This document shows, piece by piece, positions 27,678 to 36,168 of a DNA stretch of 37,803 nt (within the stretch, counting starts at the first letter, position 1; the number at the start of each line of letters is the position of its first letter). The notes under the pieces were generated by a model, which was given only the letters and a program-made list of their open reading frames with translations, ran no database searches and was not told where the DNA came from. This stretch comes from a virus (lineage: Duplodnaviria; Caudoviricetes). The stretch covers positions 1 through 37,803 of IMG/VR virus record IMGVR_UViG_3300026825_000035. One strand, 5' to 3'. Position numbers and translations under genes: made by a program.

Positions 27678-28657
27678 CGAAGGCTCTCCAGAAACGCCCT
27701 CACGAACTCCGCCGCGAGCGGCGGCACGATCGCATTGCCGTAGCCCCGCAGGAGCCCCATGCGTCCGGATATCCCATCAGCCAGCGGGAATGTTCCGGAC
27801 TCAACGGGCCGCCAGCGGCCATCGCGGCAGAGGAGCCAGTCCGGATCTCGCCAGACGCCGTCCGTCGCGCCGGTCCCGGCGGGGTCGGCGAGGTCGACCA
27901 GTCCACCAGCTTCACCGTGCGGCGGCTCGCATCGGTGTTGCCGGCCGCGTTGTACCGCTCCGTCGCGGGCGAGCCCGCCATCGCCGTCGGCCAGCCCGCC
28001 AGCCAGACCTGCCGGCCGAGCAGCGCGTTGATCGGCACTGCCCGGCATTCCGATCCGTCCTTGTGATCCCGCGCGGACGCGGTGGCCCAGCCCGCCCGGT
28101 CCCAGGGCGACGGCGCCGAAGAACAGCCGCTGGCGGATGTGCGGGGCGCCGACGCTCGCAGCCGGCAGATCGGCCGCCGCGACGGCGTAAGATGCCGCTT
28201 CCAGGTCAGCCGCCAGAGCGTCGAACCACGCCCAGCCAGCCGCGCCCTCAGTCGTCGTTCCAGCCGCGCCGCCAACCGGTCCGAGCACTGCCGCGCTGGC
28301 GACCTGTTCGCCGAAGACGAGCCCCGGTCGGCAGTCTGCGACGAGACGCAGGAAGGCGGGCGCGAGATGGCGGTCATCGTCCTGTCCCTTGCGCTGCCCG
28401 GCCTGGCTGAAAGGCTGGCAGGGCGGCGAGCCGGTCCAGACCGGCAGATCCTCGGCCACGCCAGAAAGGCGCAGCGCATGGGGCCAGCCGCCGATCCCGG
28501 CGAAGAAATGACACTGCGCGAAGCCGCGCAGGTCGGCGGGCTCCACCTCCAGGATGGACCGTTCGTCCACCTCGCCATCGGGCAGCAGCCCGGTCGCGAT
28601 CAGCTCCCGCAGCCAGGCGCAGGCCGCGGGATCGGCGTCGTTGTAGTAGACGGCCAT
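27674..28657 (-). CDS. DNA (cytosine-5) methyltransferase, large subunit
   Basis: FFAGIGG (I), GSPPCQPFS (IV), GEQV (VI), HIRQRLF (VIII), GYGNAIVP (X); no motif IX in this frame. Confidence 0.9.
   Translation of the reverse strand: MAVYYNDADPAACAWLRELIATGLLPDGEVDERSILEVEPADLRGFAQCHFFAGIGGWPHALRLSGVAEDLPVWTGSPPCQPFSQAGQRKGQDDDRHLAPAFLRLVADCRPGLVFGEQVASAAVLGPVGGAAGTTTEGAAGWAWFDALAADLEAASYAVAAADLPAASVGAPHIRQRLFFGAVALGPGGLGHRVRAGSQGRIGMPGSADQRAARPAGLAGGLADGDGGLARDGAVQRGRQHRCEPPHGEAGGLVDLADPAGTGATDGVWRDPDWLLCRDGRWRPVESGTFPLADGISGRMGLLRGYGNAIVPPLAAEFVRAFLESLR
27700..28377 (-). CDS. Putative C5-MTase small (beta) subunit in an alternative reading frame
   Basis: Nested same-strand ORF with WATASARDHKD and WPTAMAG repeats and motif IX-like LSPEHSRWLMGYP; purine-rich AAGGGACAGGA before ATG 28377. 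Confidence 0.7.
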   Translation of the reverse strand: MTAISRPPSCVSSQTADRGSSSANRSPARQCSDRLAARLERRLRARLAGRGSTLWRLTWKRHLTPSRRPICRLRASAPRTSASGCSSAPSPWDRAGWATASARDHKDGSECRAVPINALLGRQVWLAGWPTAMAGSPATERYNAAGNTDASRRTVKLVDWSTSPTPPGPARRTASGEIRTGSSAAMAAGGPLSPEHSRWLMGYPDAWGSCGATAMRSCRRSRRSS

Positions 28658-29973
28658 CAGGCAGCGGCATCGGCGTCGTCGCCCAGCCGCTCGGTCCTCA
28701 CCTCAACGAAGGTCCGACCGTCGCCATCAAGGATCGCATTGCGGCCGGTCTCCGCCTGCCAGCGTTCCACGGCGACATCGACATAGGCCGGGCTGATCTC
28801 CATCGCGAAGACGCGGCGGCCGTTGGCCTCGCCCGCCATGATCTGCGAGCCGGACCCCGAGAACGGCTCGTAGCAAAGGCCGCCCCGCGCCACGTGCTGG
28901 CGCATCGGGATCCCGAACGCATCGAGCGGCTTCGGCGTCGGATGGTCGGGCCGGTCGTCCTTGGCGAAACTCGGCAGCGCCCATGTCGACGGCAGGGTTT
29001 CTTCCGCCACCTTGGGTGGGCGGTTCGGCCGCCGCCAGCCCATGAAACAGGGTTCGTGCTTCCAGAGGTAATGCGACCGGGTCAGAACGCCCCGTTCCTT
29101 CACCCAGATGATCTGCTGATGGACGAAGGCGCCCGCCTTTTCCCAGCAGGCCTCCAGCATCGCCTGGCGGCGCGAGGCATGCCAGCAGTACCAGGCGGCA
29201 TCCTCGGTGATCGCCTCGGCGACTGCCGCGGCGATGAACCCGTCGTAGAGCTCGGCCCCTTGGCTGCTGTCGTCCCAGGTGGTGCCGTAGGACGCGGACC
29301 AATCCTTGTTCCGCGTCGGATGGTTCGAGCCGTCGTAGTCCACGAGATACGGCGGGTCCGTCGCGAACAGGACCGCGCGTTCGCCGTTCATCAGGCGGCG
29401 GACGTCGTCGTGGTTCGTGCTGTCGCCGCAGAGCAGCCGGTGATCCCCGAGGATCCACAGATCGCCCGTGCGCGAGGCCGGATTCCGCGGCGGCTCGGGG
29501 ATGGTCACCGGCGGCACGGAGCCCCCGGCGCCACCTTCTTGCCCGTCCCCCTCCGGCGTAAAGGCCAGCAACTTGTCCAGCTCGCCGTCCGAGAAGCCGA
29601 CCAGCGACAGGTCGAAATCCTCGGCCAGCAGCTCGTTCAGTTCCGCCGAGAGCAGCGCCTCGTCCCATGGGCTCTCGGCAAGCCGGTTGTCCGCGATGCG
29701 ATAGGCCCGCCGCTGCGCCTCGGTCAGGTGCCCGAGCACGATCACCGGCGCCTCAAGCAGCCCGAGCTGCGTCGCGGCCAGAACGCGCCCGTGCCCCGCG
29801 ATCAGTTCCCCGTCCTCGGCCACGAGGCAGGGCACGGTCCAGCCGAACTCGGCCATGCTGGCCGCGATCTTCGCGACCTGGTCGGGCCCGTGCAGCTTCG
29901 CGTTCCGCGCGTAGGGTTGCAGGCGCGACAGGGGCCAGTGTTCGATCCGCTCCGGGGCGAAGGCGAGGGTCAT
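28657..29973 (-). CDS. ParB-like domain + N6A/N4C DNA methyltransferase (beta class)
   Basis: N-terminal IAGHGR..ADN ParB/Srx; TDPPY, HPTPKP, EPFSGSGS. Confidence 0.9.
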   Translation of the reverse strand: MTLAFAPERIEHWPLSRLQPYARNAKLHGPDQVAKIAASMAEFGWTVPCLVAEDGELIAGHGRVLAATQLGLLEAPVIVLGHLTEAQRRAYRIADNRLAESPWDEALLSAELNELLAEDFDLSLVGFSDGELDKLLAFTPEGDGQEGGAGGSVPPVTIPEPPRNPASRTGDLWILGDHRLLCGDSTNHDDVRRLMNGERAVLFATDPPYLVDYDGSNHPTRNKDWSASYGTTWDDSSQGAELYDGFIAAAVAEAITEDAAWYCWHASRRQAMLEACWEKAGAFVHQQIIWVKERGVLTRSHYLWKHEPCFMGWRRPNRPPKVAEETLPSTWALPSFAKDDRPDHPTPKPLDAFGIPMRQHVARGGLCYEPFSGSGSQIMAGEANGRRVFAMEISPAYVDVAVERWQAETGRNAILDGDGRTFVEVRTERLGDDADAAA

Positions 29974-30182
29974 GCGGGTTCCTGGCGATCTTGGGTCGGC
30001 ATCGGCCGGGTGGATTCCCCCGCGGCGGGGTCCACCGGCTTCCGGCCGGACTCCGGCATCCGCGGGGCATCCACCCCGGGCGGCCGGTCAGGTGTTTGAA
30101 TTCACGAGGGTTTCGGGGCGTCCTGGTTGGACGCTGGACTCCGGCGGCTTCCCAAAAATCCGGCCTGTCGCTGGCGATGCGC

Positions 30183-30225
30183 CGCGCCAAGCCCGCCAGC
30201 ATAGGTTTCGGCCCGGAAAGGAACC
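30183..30225 (-). other. Candidate lambda-like cos site (cosQ-cosN)
   Basis: Minus strand GGTTCCTTTCCGG...TATGCTGGCGGGCTTGGCGCG resembles lambda GGGTCCTTTCCGG...TTACG-GGGCGGCGACCT-CGCG; lies in the non-coding gap before the late genes. Confidence 0.5.
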
Positions 30226-30396
30226 GGAAATCAACGGCCTGGCGGCCCGGACCCCGGCCGGACCCCGGAAGCCGGCCCCGGTATCCACCTCGGGGTCGGC
30301 GCCGGTCCATCCGAGCGCACGACCCCGAGCATGACCCGAAGGTAGCGGCCGGCGGCGCCGGCGTGAACCCTTCACGATGTCTCGCGGAAAATGCGC

Positions 30397-30843
30397 TCAC
30401 GGCACGATTTTCCTTGACAGCCGGTCGGCCCGCTCGACCACGAAGCGCCGCCCGCGCTTCGCGGGCACCGCTCTGCCGTTCAGGCGCCAGACGATGCAGG
30501 CCAGCCCGTAATCGCGGCGGCGCACCGCTTCGGCGCGGCTGATCGCGTGGCGGTGGGCGATCTCCTTCCACGGCCGGCCCTCGGCGCGCGCCCAGAGGAG
30601 GCGCGCGATCTCCGGCTCGAGCCAGCGCAGCCAGAGCGCGGCTTCCTCCGCTTCGTCGATCATGCGGGGCGTGGGCAGCGGCCGGCGCAGGCGCGGCTCC
30701 TGGCCGACGAGATCGCCGAAGCTGTGGCGGTACTCGGGCCAGGTGCTGAAGAAGCCCTGCGGCCGGACGGCGGGCTGCGACCGGAACACCTCGGCGGCCA
30801 GTTCCAGCCGGTCCTGCACCCGTGCCATGGTCCAGTCAGTCAC
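30397..30843 (-). CDS. DUF6362-like protein with C-terminal HTH, putative late-gene regulator
   Basis: GTG start; VRPQGFFSTWP...LWARAEGRPWKEIAHRHAISRAEA; last gene before the cos candidate. Confidence 0.65.
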   Translation of the reverse strand: MTDWTMARVQDRLELAAEVFRSQPAVRPQGFFSTWPEYRHSFGDLVGQEPRLRRPLPTPRMIDEAEEAALWLRWLEPEIARLLWARAEGRPWKEIAHRHAISRAEAVRRRDYGLACIVWRLNGRAVPAKRGRRFVVERADRLSRKIVP

Positions 30844-31048
30844 CCTTCGGGTCCTCCCCGGTCCGCGGCAGGGGGCCGTAGAGCCGCTCGCCAAGCTGGC
30901 GGACCAGTTCGCGCTCGGGCCAGGCGAGCCGCGGGTCGTCGAGCGCCACGGCGAAGAGCCGCAAATCGCGCCAACCCTCGCGCCGGACCTGCTCCGGATC
31001 GCGGCGCCTGCCGCCGTAGCCATGGGGGTGCCAGCGCATTGCCTTCAT
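30836..31048 (-). CDS. Conserved phage hypothetical protein
   Basis: GYGG.RRDPEQV.REGW...DDPRLAWPERELV motif; overlaps neighbours. Confidence 0.65.
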   Translation of the reverse strand: MKAMRWHPHGYGGRRRDPEQVRREGWRDLRLFAVALDDPRLAWPERELVRQLGERLYGPLPRTGEDPKGD

Positions 31049-31302
31049 CGCTGAACCTCCGCCAACAGCGCGGCATAGCCGATGACATCGACGAGGCTGT
31101 CGCGATGTGTCGGATCATGGGCGAGCCGAACGAGTTTCAGGTCGATCATGCACAGCGCGACCTCGGCAGGCGTGACGGCGCGGCCGAGCGTCAGGCTCCA
31201 TCGGGCCGCGACAGCCCGCAGGGAGTCGGCGGCCGGACCATAGGTCTCGGCACGTGCCTCCAGCACCTGGGCCGCGTGGTCGAGGATGGCGGGGCGGGTC
31301 AT
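31045..31302 (-). CDS. DUF6378-like protein
   Basis: R..TYG...W...VALCMIDLKL.R....H.DS.VD.IGYAA motif. Confidence 0.75.
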   Translation of the reverse strand: MTRPAILDHAAQVLEARAETYGPAADSLRAVAARWSLTLGRAVTPAEVALCMIDLKLVRLAHDPTHRDSLVDVIGYAALLAEVQR

Positions 31303-31820
31303 GCCAGGCCCCCGTTCGTCTCGATCGCCCAGAGCAGGATGGCGATGGCGTCGGCCTCGTTGTCGTCGGCCGGGCTAAAGCCGCGGGCGCGGACGGCGGC
31401 GACGACGTCGTCCTTGCCGGCGTTGCCCTTGCCGCAGACGCAGCGTTTCCATGTTCCGACCGGAACGCCCTCGTAGGGGATGCCCCGCAACTCGGCCCAT
31501 GTCGTCAGCGTCGCGAGGAGACCTCCAAACACATGCGCCGCATCGGTGCCCGCATGGCGGCGGACTTCCTCGAACCAGATCGCGGCGATGGGCCCGGACA
31601 GCCGATCGAGTTCGGTCAGCCAGTTGGCGAAGCGGAGAAACCGCATGCCGCCGCCGTCGAAGCGGCCGGGTCGAAAGCTGACCGTGCCACTGGTGATCAG
31701 TCCGTCATGGCCGCGGAGCGCCCAGCCGGTCGTGGTGCCGAGGTCGAGCGCGAGAATGCAGGATTGGCTGATCGCGCCCGGTTCGGGGCGGACGTCCTGC
31801 GCGGGGATCGGTGTGTTCAT
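31299..31820 (-). CDS. RuvC-like Holliday junction resolvase
   Basis: ILALDLGTTTG, FEEV and DNEADA acidic catalytic motifs. Confidence 0.8.
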   Translation of the reverse strand: MNTPIPAQDVRPEPGAISQSCILALDLGTTTGWALRGHDGLITSGTVSFRPGRFDGGGMRFLRFANWLTELDRLSGPIAAIWFEEVRRHAGTDAAHVFGGLLATLTTWAELRGIPYEGVPVGTWKRCVCGKGNAGKDDVVAAVRARGFSPADDNEADAIAILLWAIETNGGLA

Positions 31821-31919
31821 CGTGAAGGCTCACGTGGCTCGTGGGCCTTCGGCTTCGGTCGCGGACAGGGAATCACGCCGGGGACTCTCGATCAAGAGAA
31901 TTGCGCCGACCCGCGTCGC

Positions 31920-32192
31920 TGTCCCACCTGGTCGTGCGGTGTCCCACTTGCCGACCGAAGTGGGACGCCGGATTTTCCTTTCAGAACAAGAGGGTGTCCC
32001 ACCTGTCCCACTTGTCCCACTTAATTTCCTTACATCGCATGAGGAAGAATGGGGTCGGCCAGGACACATACGTTCAATACAAAAGGGAAAGAAGTTGGCG
32101 GTCCAAGTGGGACAAGTGGGACAGGATTGATTTCAAATGGCTTTTTCTGTCCCACCTCGGGCCTGAAGTGGGACAGGCCGCGAAGTGGGACA
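31920..32192. repeat. Iteron cluster, putative replication origin
   Basis: 11 copies of (T)GTCCCAC in both orientations around AT-rich DNA, just downstream of the primase-helicase. Confidence 0.75.
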
Positions 32193-32198
32193 GCGGCC

Positions 32199-32230
32199 AA
32201 ACGAAAACGGGGCACCCGGATGGATGCCCC
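32199..32230 (-). terminator. Intrinsic terminator after the primase-helicase
   Basis: Minus strand GGGGCATCC-ATCC-GGGTGCCCC then GTTTTCGTTT. Confidence 0.6.
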
Positions 32231-32257
32231 TCGGTGCCCGGCACGACCGATGCTCCG

Positions 32258-34840
32258 TCAGCAGGCCTGCCGTTTCCGATAACGCCATTCGCGGGTCGCT
32301 CCCGCTCCGCTGCGATACCGCTCCCAGTCCCTCGACTTCAGCCAGGCCCCCACGCGCATCTGGTCGCCCTTCGTCCATTTCGCCGGCTCGATGCCGAGCG
32401 CGCCTTCGAGGATCTCGCCCACCGACACGTCGCGGATCGGCTCGGCACGTTCGAACTCTTCATCCTGCCAATCGTCCCAGCCCGCGTGGCCGCGATTGAC
32501 GCTGCGGGTGTCGTGCGTCAGCCACCGGTCGATCCGCGCGTCCCAGGCATCCGCCTGGTAGCGTGCCTCCTGCGCTGCGGCGGCCTCGGCCAGGATCGCC
32601 GGGTCCTCGATCCACCAGATCGCGCCGGCGCGGAAGCGGTGCACGGCTTCGGCCCAGAGCTGGTCCCGGTCGCGGGCGAGCGCCGCGATGTCTATGGTGC
32701 CGCAGCGGAGCGGCCAGAAGCGGCGGTTGCCGGTCTCGTCGCGCAGATAGGTGTCGGGATTCACGGTGCCGGCGAACACGCACTGGCGCGGAACCTCGAC
32801 GGTATGGCGGCCATAGGGCGGGCGGAAGCGGTCGGTGGTGCGGGTCAGGAACGCCTTGATGCGCGAGACCTCGGCGCGGCCGATGGCGTCGAGTTCGGCA
32901 ATCTCCACGATCCAGACGCCCTGCATGTGCAGCGCGGCGTCCTTGGACCCAAGCTCCGGCAGCTCGTCGGTGAACCATTCCTCGCCGGCCAGCACCTTGA
33001 TCGCAGTGGATTTGCGCGCGCCCTGCGGCCCCTCGAGGATCAGCATGTGGTCGGCCTTGACGCCGGGGCGGTAGATGCGGGCGACGGCCGAGATCAGCCA
33101 GAGTGCGCCGATGGTGTGATTGAACGCGGTGGGTTCGGCTCCGAGATAGGCGCTGGTCCAGGTCTCGATCCGGGGCGTGCCGTCCCATGTCAGGGTGTCG
33201 AGCCAGTCGCGGACAGGATGGATGCGCAGTTCGCGGGCGACAGCGCCGACAGCGCGGCTCACGACCACCGGCGCCACGTTGATGCCGCGCAGCTGCAGCC
33301 ACTCCGCGGTGCGGATGTCGTCGGCGTCCTCCCAAGGACGCGGCAGCGACGTGGCGACGCCATCCCACGGCAGCGGCTGGCGCACGACGATCTCCTGCCC
33401 GAACTCGTCGAAGGCGAGAACGCCGGCAAATGCTGGATCGGAGGTCAGCGCAACGATGACGTTGGCCTCGTTCCGCTCGGGCGCGCCGGCGGGATCGAGC
33501 CGCAGGCGCCTGAACCAGGCGGGCTTCGGGATCGGCGCGTTTGGATCGCCGGTGGCGTTCACGCGCCGGCGGAGCTCGGCCAGCTGCTGGGTCAGGACCG
33601 ACATGCCGATCCCGGTCGCGGACTTGATGCGCGCGATGACCTGCCGCTCGGGCAGCGGGTCGAGCTTCGCAAGCGCGATGCGCCCGAGCAGCGTGGACAG
33701 GGCTTCGAACTCGGGCGGGTTGGTCAGCGCCTCGGCCGCGGCGATCAGGGTCGCGGGATCGTCGGCGGACGCAACGACAGGTGTTGACGTCTCGGGCTGT
33801 GCCGGATCCCCGTCCTGCGGCTCCACTGTGGTGTCAGCCGGACGCGCGTAATCCTCGGCGCCAGCGCCGCGCTGGAGATCGTCGTTGAAGTCGTCGCCAT
33901 GCAGCGGCGCGACGATCTCGTTCGGGATGTCGGCGCGGTTCAGCCGGTCGGCGAGCGTCGCGGCCGCCTGGCGGCCAGCGTCGCCTGCATCGGCGTAGAT
34001 GGTGACGCGCCGGGTGCCCTCGGGCCACTGGAACCGCGCGAGGCCGTCGGCCGACAGGGCCGCCCAGACCGGTGTGCCGAAGAGCGCGTGCGCGGCGAGC
34101 GCCGTCTCGATCCCCTCGGCGATGCCGATGTGGCCGTCCGCGGGCATCGGGAAGAGCCGGACCACGGCATCCTTCACGCTGCCGAGCATCTTCCTGCCCG
34201 GAGGCGCCTTGGCGCTGCCGTCGTCGGTGAGGAAGGTGCGGTGGATGCCCGGCGCGCGCTCCCCGTCCGGCAGCCGCAGGATCGCGATCAGGCCGGGCCA
34301 GCCGCGGCAGCTGTCGAAGTCCGGCAGATCGGGGTGGAACAGCAGATCGGGCGATCCGGGATCCGACAGCCCGCGGGCGCGCAGATAGGTCTCGCCGGGC
34401 GTGCCTGCGATCGGCACGGCCCCACCGACGAGCCGCGCGATCTCGGCCGAGTGGTCGGGGCGTGGGCGCATGGCCGACGCCAGAACAGGCCGCGGCACAG
34501 GGCGATCCATCCCCGCGAGCCGCGCCGCCTCGTCGAAGAGCGCGCCGTCGCAGAGCCCTGTCGCTTGCGCGATCAGGTCGATGGGACCGGCCCGCTCGCC
34601 AGTGGCATAGTCGAAGCCCCAGCCGGCATAGGGCCCGTCGAGATGGATGGTGCAGGAGCCCTCCTTGCGCGGCGGGCGCCCGGAGAGGTCTGCGCAACGC
34701 AAGGATCGACGGTCCCGCGCGAGCCGGGCCTCGGGGAAGAGACCCGGCAGCCAGTCGGCGGCGGTAGAGGCGAGCCGCTCTTTCACCGCAGCCAGATCGT
34801 GCCGGGTCTTCGGGACCGCGATGTCGTTGAGGTCGATCAT
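32258..34840 (-). CDS. Toprim primase + VapE (SF3) helicase fusion
   Basis: Start MIDLND; Toprim IAEGIETA, YADAGD, DFND; Walker A GPQGARKS; LRDETGNRRFWP. Confidence 0.88.
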   Translation of the reverse strand: MIDLNDIAVPKTRHDLAAVKERLASTAADWLPGLFPEARLARDRRSLRCADLSGRPPRKEGSCTIHLDGPYAGWGFDYATGERAGPIDLIAQATGLCDGALFDEAARLAGMDRPVPRPVLASAMRPRPDHSAEIARLVGGAVPIAGTPGETYLRARGLSDPGSPDLLFHPDLPDFDSCRGWPGLIAILRLPDGERAPGIHRTFLTDDGSAKAPPGRKMLGSVKDAVVRLFPMPADGHIGIAEGIETALAAHALFGTPVWAALSADGLARFQWPEGTRRVTIYADAGDAGRQAAATLADRLNRADIPNEIVAPLHGDDFNDDLQRGAGAEDYARPADTTVEPQDGDPAQPETSTPVVASADDPATLIAAAEALTNPPEFEALSTLLGRIALAKLDPLPERQVIARIKSATGIGMSVLTQQLAELRRRVNATGDPNAPIPKPAWFRRLRLDPAGAPERNEANVIVALTSDPAFAGVLAFDEFGQEIVVRQPLPWDGVATSLPRPWEDADDIRTAEWLQLRGINVAPVVVSRAVGAVARELRIHPVRDWLDTLTWDGTPRIETWTSAYLGAEPTAFNHTIGALWLISAVARIYRPGVKADHMLILEGPQGARKSTAIKVLAGEEWFTDELPELGSKDAALHMQGVWIVEIAELDAIGRAEVSRIKAFLTRTTDRFRPPYGRHTVEVPRQCVFAGTVNPDTYLRDETGNRRFWPLRCGTIDIAALARDRDQLWAEAVHRFRAGAIWWIEDPAILAEAAAAQEARYQADAWDARIDRWLTHDTRSVNRGHAGWDDWQDEEFERAEPIRDVSVGEILEGALGIEPAKWTKGDQMRVGAWLKSRDWERYRSGAGATREWRYRKRQAC

Positions 34841-34848
34841 CGCGCCCC

Positions 34849-36168
34849 TCAGGCCAGCAGCACGAGACCGCGCTCGGCTCGGGTGATCGCGGTGTAGAGC
34901 CAGCGGCGCCGGTCGATCTCGCTGCGGCCCAGCCCGTCGTCCCAGACGATCACGTTCTCCCACTGCGACCCCTGCGCCTTGTGGGCGGTGATCGCCCAGC
35001 CGAAGGTCGCCTCGGTCAGCAGGCGCTTCTCCTTGTAGTCGCGGTCGTGGCGCTTGGCATCGTAGGCGACATGGTCCTCGAAATGCCCCTTGTAGATGCG
35101 CAGCCGGCCCGGACGCCCGTCCTCATAGGGCTCGCCGATGCGGCGCCCGTCCTCGTCGTGCGCGACGGCCGAGAAGTGGAGGCTGCCTTCGTCGACGATG
35201 TCCTCGAGCGTCACGAACATCCCGTTGATCAGCCCCAGATCGTTCTGGTTCTTCAGGCAGATGATCTTCTCGGCCGGCCCCGTGGGCAGCCAGCTCCCGC
35301 CGAGACCGGCGGCCGCGCGCATGGCGTTGTTGATCTGCAGCCGCGTGGCGTTCAGCCCGCAGATCAGTTGACCGCCGCGCAGCGCCTGTTCCGGCGTGAT
35401 GTCGCCCTTGCGGAGCTTGGCGACATGATCGTCATAGACGCCGAAGCCGATGGGCCGGCCCTCGCGCGCCATGGTGGCGAGACGGATGATCGCGCTCTCG
35501 GACGCCTGGCGGTGGATCTCGGTCAGCATCACGTCCGGCGCGTCGCGGGTGAAGGCGCCTTCGCCCCGGATCGGCGGCAGCTGGCCGGGATCGCCGAGCA
35601 CGAGGATCGGCTTGCCGAAGCTCATCAGATCGCGGGCCATTTCCTCTCCGACCATCGACACCTCGTCGAGCACGATCAGCCGGGCGTCCGCCGCGTCGCT
35701 CTGCGGGTTCAGCGCGAAGCGCGGGTGCTTCATCGCCGAGAGTCCCTGGCGCATCGCCTCTATCGCGGCTTCGGCGGTGGTGCGCGCGAACCCGGTGAGG
35801 CGAAGCGCGTCGCGTTCGGCGACCGCGATCTTGCGGGCGGCCTCCTCGATTTCCTCCTCGGTCGACTCGATCACCGAGTAGATCAGGCTGTGGATGGTGC
35901 GTGCCGGCGTGCCCTTGCGGGTCAGCACCAGCGCAGCCTTGCCGGTGAATGTGGCGGTGACAACGCCGGGCATGCAGCGGCCGTCCTTCGCACTGCGGTG
36001 GGGCGAGAGCCCGAGTTCGTCGAGCGCGAACTTCAGCACGGTGCTCTTGCCGGACCCGGCATAGCCGAAGAGGCGGAACACCTGCTGCTGCTCGGTCCGG
36101 GTCTCGAACCACTCCTTGATCTCGCGGATCGCGGCGGCCTGCGTGGCGGATGGGGTGAACTCGGTCAT
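34849..36168 (-). CDS. RecD/Dda-like SF1B DNA helicase
   Basis: GYAGSGKS, LDEVSM, GDPGQL, TAHKAQGSQW, YTAITRA. Confidence 0.9.
   Translation of the reverse strand: MTEFTPSATQAAAIREIKEWFETRTEQQQVFRLFGYAGSGKSTVLKFALDELGLSPHRSAKDGRCMPGVVTATFTGKAALVLTRKGTPARTIHSLIYSVIESTEEEIEEAARKIAVAERDALRLTGFARTTAEAAIEAMRQGLSAMKHPRFALNPQSDAADARLIVLDEVSMVGEEMARDLMSFGKPILVLGDPGQLPPIRGEGAFTRDAPDVMLTEIHRQASESAIIRLATMAREGRPIGFGVYDDHVAKLRKGDITPEQALRGGQLICGLNATRLQINNAMRAAAGLGGSWLPTGPAEKIICLKNQNDLGLINGMFVTLEDIVDEGSLHFSAVAHDEDGRRIGEPYEDGRPGRLRIYKGHFEDHVAYDAKRHDRDYKEKRLLTEATFGWAITAHKAQGSQWENVIVWDDGLGRSEIDRRRWLYTAITRAERGLVLLA

Noticed and set aside
31920-32192. CRISPR array near a Cas4-like gene
   Set aside because: Repeats are only 7-8 nt, in both orientations with irregular spacing; no cas1/cas2; solo Cas4-like nucleases are common in phage replication modules
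1753-33787. Long plus-strand and off-frame ORFs (e.g. 3451..6030, 9382..12156, 21648..24515, 21800..24265, 31841..33787)
   Set aside because: Shadow ORFs of GC-rich genes with no recognisable motifs, unlike the MTase beta frame
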